Below, piece by piece: positions 39,425 to 48,034 of a stretch of DNA of 64,000 nt. The notes beneath the pieces are model-generated. The model made no database searches. It saw only the letters and a list, made by a program, of their open reading frames with translations, and had not been told where the DNA came from. Source of the DNA: Candidatus Falkowbacteria bacterium (GTDB lineage: Bacteria; Patescibacteriota; Patescibacteriia; JACRDY01); contig JACRDY010000059.1 in NCBI GenBank assembly GCA_016218485.1, forward strand, positions 11,529-75,528. The letters are read 5' to 3'. Numbering within the stretch: the stretch's first letter is position 1; each line of letters opens with the position of its first letter. Made by a program: the position numbers and the translations under genes.

Positions 39425-39565
39425 ATGGCTAGAAAGATGACCAGTCCTCGAGTAGCTAAGATTGCCTCAAAGCAGTTAAAAAGCAAGACTGCTAATAAGG
39501 CGGCCAAGATGACTGCGGCCAGCGCTTTATCTCAGCGAGAAAAAAGTCGTCGTAAACGAAAGTAG
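39425..39565 (+). CDS. small lysine/alanine-rich basic protein (histone-H1-like composition), 46 aa
   Basis: MARKMTSPRVAKIASKQLKSKTANKAAKMTAASALSQREKSRRKRK translated by hand; 10 nt after the DGQHR gene; followed by a terminator; absent from the ORF track because it is under 60 aa. Confidence 0.45.
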   Translation: MARKMTSPRVAKIASKQLKSKTANKAAKMTAASALSQREKSRRKRK

Positions 39566-39574
39566 AGAATTCAT

Positions 39575-39610
39575 CTAAATCACCTCCGCCTCCCGCGGGG
39601 GTGTTTTTTT
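39575..39610. terminator. Hairpin (cctcccgcgggggtg) + T7, intrinsic terminator closing the DGQHR island
   Basis: Read directly. Confidence 0.6.
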
Positions 39611-39639
39611 AGTTTAGAAATATTTTAACTTTGGTATGG

Positions 39640-39830
39640 TAGGGTGTGTAATAGCCCGTTCCCCTCCTTTCCAAGGAGGGGCCAGGGGCGGTTGCCGGAG
39701 CCTTCGGTCTCTACCCAAGCTTTGTTCGCAGGCCACGGTAGCAGCCAATACCTCGGCAACCTCACCCGTCCTCCCCTTAGAAAGGGGAGGAACGGTCTAT
39801 TCCCGGTTGCCGGAGTTTAAATCCAATATA
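39640..39830. repeat. GC-rich mosaic repeat (cccctcctttccaaggagggg; ggttgccggagccttcggtc; cctccccttagaaaggggagg)
   Basis: Shares modules with 12790-12900. Confidence 0.7.
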
Positions 39831-39834
39831 TATG

Positions 39835-40233
39835 ACAAAAATTTACAACCGTCGTCAATTTAAACACTTGCGGCAAAAATTAAAGAGGGAATCAACCCCT
39901 TCGGAAGATAGGCTTTGAGGCGAAATTAACAACCGCCAATTAGGATTTAAGTTTCGCCGTCAGCACGGCATCGGTAAGTACATCGTTGATTTTTACTGTG
40001 CCGAACTACAATTGGTTATTGAGGTGGATGGCGACTCGCATACCGACCCCGATATTTACGCCGCTGACCGCATTCGTGATGCTGCATTAAGTGTTCAGGG
40101 TATAACGATTAAGCGGTATTACAGCAATGAAATTTTTAATAATTTAGAAGGTGTTATCTTGGATATTGAGGAAGTGTGTCGTGGGATAAAAAACAGCCGC
40201 CCGGGGGAGACCCGAGCGGAGCGGTGGCCATGA
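39835..40233 (+). pseudogene. DUF559 (Vsr-like endonuclease-fold) gene remnant: no ATG start and an in-frame TGA at the conserved Trp position
   Basis: Frame translates KIYNRRQFKHLRQKLKRESTPSEDRL*GEINNRQLGFKFRRQHGIGKYIVDFYCAELQLVIEVDGDSH..., matching the DUF559 consensus end to end; TGA at 39916-39918. Confidence 0.65.
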
Positions 40234-40256
40234 TGGTATAGCCGATGGTTTGGTAC

Positions 40257-40547
40257 CTACTCGCCGTAGGTACGGGTATACATCGCGAGCTGTTTGGCGA
40301 TGATCACGATCGGCTGACCCGGTTCGATGACGTAGGGTGGTCCACCCAAGCAGGATTTTCGTCCATTGATCATGAGTATTCCTTCTTGGGTTGAGATTGT
40401 TGTTCGCTGTACTGCCGGGCCGAGATCGTATTCGCCCGCCATGATCACATTCCAGGATTTGACGGGGTTGCCGTCAGCATCCAGTGCCCTCACATTTTTG
40501 ATTCGGCCATCGTGGCCGTGTCCAATGCTGGTTACCTTGCTGAGCAC
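40257..40547 (-). CDS. hypothetical small protein
   Basis: 96-aa ORF; weak DUF3892-like feel; not confidently assigned. Confidence 0.4.
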   Translation of the reverse strand: MLSKVTSIGHGHDGRIKNVRALDADGNPVKSWNVIMAGEYDLGPAVQRTTISTQEGILMINGRKSCLGGPPYVIEPGQPIVIIAKQLAMYTRTYGE

Positions 40548-40710
40548 CCTCCACCTCCTTGGATCTCGTCGTGTGAGTTTAAAGTATACGGTCAGTCACA
40601 AAAAGTCAAGTGAATCGTTCTATAGAGTAGTGGCGGATTTGGCCCCTTTGGTTTATAATTATACTGTTACTCTTTGGCAGCTCAATTAACTTATTCATAA
40701 AAAATGCAGT

Positions 40711-41748
40711 ATGAATAATTCTCCATTGTTTCCGCGTTTGTGGGAAAAATTTAAACAGCTGTTCGTGATTGTGGCTGTGGTGCTGGTGGTCGGCTCAATC
40801 GTGGTGTATTTTGGCGCCACTAGTCTGACGCGACTACGGTATGGCGGGATCAGCGCTAATGACGCGCCAAGTTACGGCGGCGCGTTCGGAGATTATGGCG
40901 TGGCGACCGGCCTGAGCGCGAGTGATTCTCGTGGCGTGTTTCAGACCAAAGTCGCGTATGAGGCGGATGACTCGGGCAACGGACTGGTGGCAGCGGCGCA
41001 GGCTCAGGAGGGTGAGCTGACTCAGAAGAAAATTATCCGCAATGGCGCGCTCGGTCTGTTCGTGGACAGTCCGGAGGAGTCAGCGCAGGCGATTGAGCGG
41101 GTGGCTCTGAGCGTGGACGGTTTTGTCCAGGATTCGAATATTAGCGAGCAGACGAATGGCAGCAAGTACGGGGAAGTGGTCATCCGGGTGCCGGCTGTTG
41201 AGTTTGATTCCGTTATGGAGCAAATCAAGGGCCTGGCTCGTGAAGTGGAATTTGAGCGCGAGAACGCGCAGGATGTGACGGAGCAGTTTGTCGACCTGGA
41301 CGCGCAGCTGCGCAATTATCGGGCGGAAGAGGGGCGCTATCTTAAATTCATGAATCAGGCGAAGAATATTGATGAGACGCTCAAAGTCGCCGAGCGGCTG
41401 AGCGTGGTCCGCGGGCAGATTGAGCGGATCGAGGGTCAGCTCAAGTTTCTGTCCCGGCAGGTTGATATGTCAGTCATCAGTGTCAGCCTGACATCGTATG
41501 ACGACGTTAAGGTCTTTGGCGTGCGCTGGCGGCCGTTGTATGAGCTCAAAAAAGCGGCGCGCGGTCTGTTTGAGGCGGGTCGGACGTATATCAACTTTGT
41601 TATCAAGTTGGTTGTCTATCTGCCGATCATTGTGCTCTGGGCGCTGACTATCCTTCTGGTTACCTGGGTCGTTTGGAAATTGTTGAAGTGGCTGCACCGG
41701 CGATTTTTGCAAGGGAAAAAATTGGATGATAGTTGGCCGCGGCAGTAA
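40711..41748 (+). CDS. DUF4349-like membrane-anchored protein (N-terminal TM, coiled-coil middle, C-terminal TM)
   Basis: 345 aa with that architecture. Confidence 0.6.
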   Translation: MNNSPLFPRLWEKFKQLFVIVAVVLVVGSIVVYFGATSLTRLRYGGISANDAPSYGGAFGDYGVATGLSASDSRGVFQTKVAYEADDSGNGLVAAAQAQEGELTQKKIIRNGALGLFVDSPEESAQAIERVALSVDGFVQDSNISEQTNGSKYGEVVIRVPAVEFDSVMEQIKGLAREVEFERENAQDVTEQFVDLDAQLRNYRAEEGRYLKFMNQAKNIDETLKVAERLSVVRGQIERIEGQLKFLSRQVDMSVISVSLTSYDDVKVFGVRWRPLYELKKAARGLFEAGRTYINFVIKLVVYLPIIVLWALTILLVTWVVWKLLKWLHRRFLQGKKLDDSWPRQ

Positions 41749-41794
41749 AAAAGAGTATAGTAAAGGGGTGCTATTTAGTGCCCCTTTTGGTAGT

Positions 41795-43411
41795 ATGTCA
41801 TTTTTTATTAAAAAAATTGGTCTTCATCAGCGGTATACTATTATTTTTGTTTTGTTAGGGATCGCTTCTTTTTTGGTTTTTAGTGTCCTGTCTGCCCGAC
41901 TGGCTTTCGTATCGGATGAATATGAGTTTATTTACGCTGCAGCGCAGGTACGCGATTGGGGTACACTTGTTCAGGTGCTAACCTCGAAAATTGGTGGCGA
42001 TTTTTATCGTCCAGTTTTGTATTTTTCTTTTATTATTGATTTTTGGGTTTATGGTTTGCAACCATTTGGTTATTATCTAACCAATAGTTTGTTAGCGGCG
42101 GTTAATGTGGTTTTAGTAGCGTTGATAGTTTTTACCGCTTTAGTTAATTACTTTTATAGTGATCCACGGGATCATGCTCGCAGTTTATTTCTTGCCCTTG
42201 TCTCTGGCGTGGTCTTTATGATTTTTCCGAATCATCATGAAGCCGTCACGTGGTTGGCCGCCAGAACGGATCTCTTAGCCGCTACGTGGTACTTTTTATC
42301 AGTTCTATTGTGGTTAAAATATTTAGCGGCCGAGAGGCGGGGTGGTCGGTATTTGACTGCAGGTTGTATTTTTGCCTTTCTAGCTTTTTTTACCAAAGAG
42401 ATGAGCGTTACCTTGGTACTCGCGCTGCCCATTATTTTTTTAGGGCATTTATTGTATATGCATCAGCGCCAGCAAAATTATAATTTTAAAAAATTGGTTG
42501 GTTTCTTGCCGCTTTTGGCGATATTTATTTTTTATTTGGTCTTCCGGCGGTATATCGTGGGGTATTGGTTCGGCGGGTATATGCTGAGTGGCAGTTCCGA
42601 GTTTCTTAAAATAGACATTCCGGCGGTTATCCGTTTGGTGTTGTCACCGGTGTCGATAGTTTTTTATTCACTGAATCATAGTTATTTTTTTCAGATAGTA
42701 TTGCCGCGTTGGGGCGGACCGTTTCGGGGGTTACCGTTTACCGATTATTTACAATATTTTAAATTTTTGTTTTATGGCGGTGGGGCAGTGTTCATATCGT
42801 TAACGGCGTTTTTTGCCTATTATCAGCAGCGAGTGCGTACCTGGTTACTGGGTGTCATGGTCGGCATACTCTGGGTTTATGTGACGATTCTGCCGATAGT
42901 TGGTTTACTAAAAACCGTTGGGTTGAATTTGGAATCAACGAGGTTTTTTTATTTACCCTCACTAGGAATTTGTTTTCTGTTGACGTTTAGTGTACTGTTT
43001 TGGCCAAAAATTATCCGTGGTATTATGGTGGTTGTCATGGTGTCTTTATTGTCAATTGTCTATTGGATAAATTATCAGCCGTGGTTGACTGCTTCCGTTT
43101 CCGCCAATTCAATTCAGCAAACCGTTACGCAATACGGTAGTGAGATCGTTTTCGACGATTGGGTGTATCTCGTGAATGTTCCCGATAATATCCATGGTGC
43201 CTATGTTTTTCGTCGGGGGTTGACTCAGATGTTCCAGCTCTTTCAGCCTCAGATTGATCGGCAGAAAATAATTATAACCGGCCGAGGCGTGGCAGGCATG
43301 GCCGCGCCAGACTGTTTATCATTGCTCAGCGATCAGTATTGGTTGATGAATACCGATCCTGAGAGCGGTATTGTTGATGGTTTGAGCAGAGCGGGAGCGG
43401 GGGGGGGGTAG
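41795..43411 (+). CDS. GT-C family glycosyltransferase (PMT/ArnT-like), interrupted at a G10 tract
   Basis: Many TM helices; GYYLTNSLLAAVNVVLVALIVF matches the GT39/83 N-terminal loop region; start inferred at MSFFIKK; stop immediately follows G10 at 43399-43408. Confidence 0.65.
   Translation: MSFFIKKIGLHQRYTIIFVLLGIASFLVFSVLSARLAFVSDEYEFIYAAAQVRDWGTLVQVLTSKIGGDFYRPVLYFSFIIDFWVYGLQPFGYYLTNSLLAAVNVVLVALIVFTALVNYFYSDPRDHARSLFLALVSGVVFMIFPNHHEAVTWLAARTDLLAATWYFLSVLLWLKYLAAERRGGRYLTAGCIFAFLAFFTKEMSVTLVLALPIIFLGHLLYMHQRQQNYNFKKLVGFLPLLAIFIFYLVFRRYIVGYWFGGYMLSGSSEFLKIDIPAVIRLVLSPVSIVFYSLNHSYFFQIVLPRWGGPFRGLPFTDYLQYFKFLFYGGGAVFISLTAFFAYYQQRVRTWLLGVMVGILWVYVTILPIVGLLKTVGLNLESTRFFYLPSLGICFLLTFSVLFWPKIIRGIMVVVMVSLLSIVYWINYQPWLTASVSANSIQQTVTQYGSEIVFDDWVYLVNVPDNIHGAYVFRRGLTQMFQLFQPQIDRQKIIITGRGVAGMAAPDCLSLLSDQYWLMNTDPESGIVDGLSRAGAGGG
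43399..43408. repeat. Homopolymeric G10 tract
   Basis: Read directly; removing one G fuses the 41726-43411 and 43419-43817 frames. Confidence 0.9.
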
Positions 43412-43418
43412 CCATGAT

Positions 43419-43817
43419 TTGGTCGATTGGGATTTGGCGGCGGGTGAAGTGATCGGCAACGATATTGCAGTGGTATCCACGGGGGTCTATCGGGTAACCG
43501 GGCCGCATCCTGAGATTGTTTTTAGAAATCTTGATTTAGATCCTGCTGGAATAAAAAATTTACAGTTGACGGTAATCCCTAAAAATAATTATCTTTGGCA
43601 GCCCTACCATGTCTACTGGACGACTAATAGGTATCCGGGTTATCATGAGTACCATCGTAATATTTGGGTCTTCCGTGACGTGTTGTCTCTGGATGCACAG
43701 AGTGAAAATTTCCAGATTCCAGTTTGTCGGTATCCCGCGTTTGTTTTTTCCGATAGTGTACAAGATATAAAATTGACATTACCATTTGTTATTGGTGAAG
43801 ATTTCAGTTTGCAATAA
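43419..43817 (+). CDS. probable C-terminal continuation of the GT-C glycosyltransferase (frame +1 after the G10 tract)
   Basis: Frame is open back through the poly-G; TTG start only; 132 aa. Confidence 0.45.
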   Translation: MVDWDLAAGEVIGNDIAVVSTGVYRVTGPHPEIVFRNLDLDPAGIKNLQLTVIPKNNYLWQPYHVYWTTNRYPGYHEYHRNIWVFRDVLSLDAQSENFQIPVCRYPAFVFSDSVQDIKLTLPFVIGEDFSLQ

Positions 43818-43823
43818 GTAGGT

Positions 43824-45383
43824 ATGCTATTTTCTATTAACCAAGTTATCATCCCCAGTCAGCCCGGCTGCTACCTGATGAAAAATTCAGCCGGAGAGAT
43901 TTTGTATATTGGTAAAGCCAAAAATCTGCCCAAGCGGGTCAAGTCATACTGGCAAAAAAAGCATATTGATCCAAAACTGGACGAGCTTATCACCGAGGTG
44001 GCGGATATTGAATTCATGGTTACGCGCAATGAAGTGGAAGCATTACTCCTGGAGGCGCGCCTGATCAAGCAGCACCAGCCGAAGTACAACTCCATGCTCA
44101 AGGAAAACGTCCCGTATTTGTATATCAAGATTACCGATGAAGAATTTCCTCGGTTGGTCAGCGTCAGGAAAATTGAGGGACCGGGGAAATATTTCGGGCC
44201 GTTTGTCAGCGGTCGCGGGCGCAAGTATCTGCTCCTGACCACCGCGCGCCTGTTCGGCATTCGGACGAACAAGCTGACGAGCCGCAGCAGCCGCGAGCTG
44301 TATCAGCTCTTGAGCGAGATCAAAGAAAAGCAACTGGAAAAATTGTCGCCAGTGGAATACCAGCGCAACGTCAAACTGGCGGACATGTTCCTGCGCGGTA
44401 AGCGGACGCAGCTTTTGGGCGAGCTGGAAAAGAGAATGAAGCAGGCGAGCGCTGAAGAGCATTTCGAGCTGGCCAAATTATATCGCGATCAAATTCACGC
44501 CATCAAGATTATTGCCGAGGATCAGCTGGTGTCGCTGCCCAAGAGCTATGATCAGGATGTGGTTAATTTTGTCATGGCCGGCGAGACGGCGTATTTCCAG
44601 GTGTTTAATGTCAGTAAGGGGATAGTGACTTCAAGACAGCAGATAGCGGTTAGCGGTTGGCAGTTAGCCAGTCAGCCCGGATTATTACGCGATTTTTTAC
44701 AACAGTACTACTTAACCCGTGCCGCACCAAAGGAAATTGTTTTGCCGATTGAACCGGCGGAGTCAGCTTTAATAGAGCAATATCTGGAAGATTTGAAAAG
44801 TCAGAAGGTTTTTTTAACCATACCAAAAGTGGGCGACAAGAAGAAACTATTGGAACTCGTGCGGGAAAATATTTTGAGCGGTCTGGCCAATAATCCACTG
44901 GCTGAACTGCAGGCGCAATTGGGCCTCCAGCGGCTGCCCCTGACCATTGACGGTTTTGATATTTCTAATACCTCGGGCCAGCAGGCGGTTGGCTCGTGCG
45001 TGCGTTTCCATGACGGCAAACCGGACAAGAGCATGTACCGGAAGTTTAGAATTAAAACCGTTGAGGGGCCGAATGACTTTGCCATGATGAAAGAAGTCGT
45101 GGGGCGGCGGTACCGTGAGGGCAAGGATGTGCCTGATTTAATCTTGATTGATGGGGGCAAGGGTCAGCTCGGGGTGGCAACGCGCGCGCTGCAAGCTTTA
45201 CGAATTATGGTGCCGGTTATTTCTTTAGCCAAAAAACAGGAGGAAATTTTCATCCCCGGCCGGGAGCAGTCCATTCAGCTGGATAAGAATTCACCGGCCC
45301 GTAAACTGCTGCAGCAGGTTCGGGATGAGGCGCATCGGTTCGCGATCAGTTACCACAAGCTGCTAAGAAAAAGACGGGGCTAA
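43824..45383 (+). CDS. uvrC: excinuclease ABC subunit C
   Basis: 519 aa; N-terminal GIY-YIG (GCYLMKNSAGEILYIGKAKNL), UvrBC-interaction region and RNase-H-like endonuclease domain. Confidence 0.88.
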   Translation: MLFSINQVIIPSQPGCYLMKNSAGEILYIGKAKNLPKRVKSYWQKKHIDPKLDELITEVADIEFMVTRNEVEALLLEARLIKQHQPKYNSMLKENVPYLYIKITDEEFPRLVSVRKIEGPGKYFGPFVSGRGRKYLLLTTARLFGIRTNKLTSRSSRELYQLLSEIKEKQLEKLSPVEYQRNVKLADMFLRGKRTQLLGELEKRMKQASAEEHFELAKLYRDQIHAIKIIAEDQLVSLPKSYDQDVVNFVMAGETAYFQVFNVSKGIVTSRQQIAVSGWQLASQPGLLRDFLQQYYLTRAAPKEIVLPIEPAESALIEQYLEDLKSQKVFLTIPKVGDKKKLLELVRENILSGLANNPLAELQAQLGLQRLPLTIDGFDISNTSGQQAVGSCVRFHDGKPDKSMYRKFRIKTVEGPNDFAMMKEVVGRRYREGKDVPDLILIDGGKGQLGVATRALQALRIMVPVISLAKKQEEIFIPGREQSIQLDKNSPARKLLQQVRDEAHRFAISYHKLLRKRRG

Positions 45384-45397
45384 TGTATCGTATACTA

Positions 45398-45525
45398 AAA
45401 TTCAAAGTTCAAAATCCAAATGACAAATCAAGTTCAAAGCCTAAATGTCAAATCAACGCACCTTTTTGAACTTTGTCATTTGGCATTGATTTGAACTTTG
45501 GATTTTGAACTTTGAACTTATCGGG
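45398..45525. repeat. AT-rich gttcaaagt palindromic repeat
   Basis: Near-identical to 14325-14450. Confidence 0.75.
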
Positions 45526-45596
45526 GTTATATGGATTGCTTGTTATCACATTGATTATTTGTTAAAATAAAGAAAACTAACCCATAAGCCTTACGT

Positions 45597-46430
45597 ATGA
45601 TAGACGCTCCTCAGACGGGAACCGACATTCCGGTGTCCAGTCAGCGACCAATTTCATCTTATGCAACGAGCCGTTTTCCGTGGCTGACGATGATTATTTC
45701 TATTCTGGCCACCGTCATTGTGGTTGGCGGCGGCGGGTACTACTGGTGGCAGCAGAGTGTTGGCACGACGCAAGTGACATTGCAGCAACAGGCCGATGCG
45801 GCAGCAGCCAGCGTCACCGCCTGCGCCAATGATTTGACCGGTTGCCGTGATCAGCTGACCAAGAGCCAGGATGAGCAGCAGCAGATCAATGCCGAGCTGG
45901 CGATGATTGCTCAACTGCCCTACCAGGGCTGGAAAACGTACACCGATACCCAGTTCGGCTGGCAGTGGCTGTACCCGCCGGATTGGCAGGTCAGCGAGCA
46001 GGTGATAAACGCGGCCAAGAACGTCAGCGGCAAGAACGGTTTTTGCCTAAAGTTTGATTCGTCAGACAGTACGACGTTATCCGTTTGTTACCGTTTGCAG
46101 TCAGACACGACCGCCACCACTTGGTTCCGTACCGGCATCGGCTACACCGAACTGGCCAAAGTGCCGGTCAGCTTTTCTATCCTCGGTCAGCAGATGAACG
46201 AGAAGACGCTGTTCGGTCAAGATGGCGAGGTGAAAGATATTATTTACTTTCAAAACATGAAAGATGACGAGACCGGCTATCCGGCACGAGCTAAGGTGGG
46301 GGATTACTACATTACCGCTATGGCCTCCGACGCCGGTTTCCGTGGCACCGGCTTGAGCGTTATTGACCAGAAACTTTTGGATTTGATTCTCGCTTCCGCC
46401 AAATTGCCGACTGCTGTTGAGCAGCCGTAG
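45597..46430 (+). CDS. hypothetical membrane-anchored / secreted protein
   Basis: 277 aa; TM MIISILATVIVVGGGGYYWW; no family recognised. Confidence 0.5.
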   Translation: MIDAPQTGTDIPVSSQRPISSYATSRFPWLTMIISILATVIVVGGGGYYWWQQSVGTTQVTLQQQADAAAASVTACANDLTGCRDQLTKSQDEQQQINAELAMIAQLPYQGWKTYTDTQFGWQWLYPPDWQVSEQVINAAKNVSGKNGFCLKFDSSDSTTLSVCYRLQSDTTATTWFRTGIGYTELAKVPVSFSILGQQMNEKTLFGQDGEVKDIIYFQNMKDDETGYPARAKVGDYYITAMASDAGFRGTGLSVIDQKLLDLILASAKLPTAVEQP

Positions 46431-47004
46431 AACTAATATGGCCGGTATACTACGACTAGCAGTCTCTGGATCAGCCGGATCATTCTCCGAAGAAGCCGCC
46501 CGCTGGTACCTCCAGCGCGAGGGGCAAGAGGGGGAGATTGTTTTTGGGATTGATCCGGATGGCGTGTTCGCCGCGCTCGCCGAGGGGCGGGCGGACCTGG
46601 GGATTATCCCGGTGGTGAATTCGCGGGGCGGATTGGTCATAGACGCCTATGTGGCCATGGGCAAGAATTTGTTTACCGTGGTTGACCACGTGGTGATTGA
46701 AGTCCAACAGTGTTTGCTGGCGTTACCGGGAACAACCAAAGCAGCGATTACCCAGTTCGCCTCACACCCGCAGGCCTTTGCCCAGTGTGAGCGGTATCTG
46801 CTGAATAATTTTCCTAATATCAAACATACCCCGTGGTCAGACACGGCTGAAGCGGCGGAGGATTTAAAATCAGGCAAACTGCCGTTGACTACCGGTGTGA
46901 TCGCGTCAGCCTTGGCCGGCAAGAATAATGGATTGGAAATTCTGGAAAAGGGGATTCAGGACGCCCGGCCGAATCTGACGACGTTTTTGGTGGTGCAGCA
47001 GTAG
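46417..47004 (+). CDS. pheA: prephenate dehydratase (PDT domain only)
   Basis: 195 aa; ...ASHPQAFAQCERYL...TTFLVV PDT signatures; no ACT domain. Confidence 0.75.
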   Translation: MSSRRTNMAGILRLAVSGSAGSFSEEAARWYLQREGQEGEIVFGIDPDGVFAALAEGRADLGIIPVVNSRGGLVIDAYVAMGKNLFTVVDHVVIEVQQCLLALPGTTKAAITQFASHPQAFAQCERYLLNNFPNIKHTPWSDTAEAAEDLKSGKLPLTTGVIASALAGKNNGLEILEKGIQDARPNLTTFLVVQQ

Positions 47005-47090
47005 TAATTTTCTGTGTTATTCTGTGCTTTAGTCTGTGTTCTTCTGTGTGCGTTTTAAATTTATAGCACACAGACCACACAGACCCCGAC
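47005..47090. repeat. ctgtgt / cacaga heptamer-type palindromic repeat
   Basis: Read directly. Confidence 0.55.
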
Positions 47091-47294
47091 TGGCGTTGGG
47101 GCACGGAAAAACACGGAGTTGTAAGGTTAGGCTATCGCCATGGCTCTACAGCCATGGCTCTACCCTTGCATTATTTTTAATTTTTTGCTAAACTAAGCCC
47201 AGCTTAATTAAATCATCACTCATCTGCGCCATTTTCCTTCCCTTGTTTTTACAACAATCGGGCAGGCACAGAGAGGGATAATAAAGGAAAAAAT

Positions 47295-47990
47295 ATGCCA
47301 ACATTACCAACGTTGGAGGAAATGCTTAAGGCTGGCCTACATTTTGGTCACCAGAAGGACAAGTGGCATCCCAAAATGGAGCAGTACATTTTCGCGGAGC
47401 GCAACGGCGTCCATATTATTGATCTGGAAAAAACCCAGATCAAGCTTCAGGCAGCGCTGCAATTTATTACCAACACGGTCAAAGCTGGCGGTGTTATTTT
47501 GTTTGTCGGAACTAAAGATCAGGCCAAAGACAGTGTTACCAAGGCCGCACAGGACTGTGGTATGCCATACGTGTCTAACCGCTGGCTCGGCGGTACGCTC
47601 ACCAACTTTCCCATTATTTTAAAACTCATTAAGAAGTACAAAGATCTCAAAGCCAAACAGGAAACGGGCGGATTCAAGGGCTACACCAAAAAAGAGCAGC
47701 TGGATTTTCAAGAAGATATCGTTAAGCTGGAAGGGCGCGTCGGCGGTATCAAAGATCTTAAGAAAGCGCCGGACGCTATTTTCCTCGTGGACGCTAAACA
47801 CGAGAAGACCGCGCTGACTGAAGCCAAGAAAAAAGGCATCACGCTGGTGGTGCTCTGTGACACTAATATCAACCCGACCAAGATTGACTATGTCATTCCG
47901 GGTAATGATGACGCGACCAAGGGTATAGAGATGATCGTGGCGCTGGTGGCGGAGGCGGTTAAAGAAGGCAAAGCGCTGCAGGGGAAGTAA
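47295..47990 (+). CDS. rpsB: 30S ribosomal protein S2
   Basis: 231 aa; S2 family. Confidence 0.95.
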   Translation: MPTLPTLEEMLKAGLHFGHQKDKWHPKMEQYIFAERNGVHIIDLEKTQIKLQAALQFITNTVKAGGVILFVGTKDQAKDSVTKAAQDCGMPYVSNRWLGGTLTNFPIILKLIKKYKDLKAKQETGGFKGYTKKEQLDFQEDIVKLEGRVGGIKDLKKAPDAIFLVDAKHEKTALTEAKKKGITLVVLCDTNINPTKIDYVIPGNDDATKGIEMIVALVAEAVKEGKALQGK

Positions 47991-47997
47991 TTTTTAA

Positions 47998-48020
47998 TTA
48001 CGAATTACGAATTACGAATG
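47998..48020. repeat. Tandem heptamer array (attacga)x3 between rpsB and tsf
   Basis: Also at 14800-14822, 18172-18196 and (inverted) 18330-18352. Confidence 0.8.
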
Positions 48021-48034
48021 ATAAAAATAAAATT

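Noticed and set aside
39916-39918. Genome-wide UGA recoding (Trp or Gly), suggested by the in-frame TGA in DUF559
   Set aside because: Long conserved genes (uvrA, purL, typA, uvrB) are intact with TGA treated as stop, and several genes terminate with TAA or TAG. A pseudogene is more parsimonious.
47344-47622. 92-aa alternate-frame ORF inside rpsB; various small ORFs within tsf, gap and eno
   Set aside because: They are embedded in highly conserved housekeeping genes.
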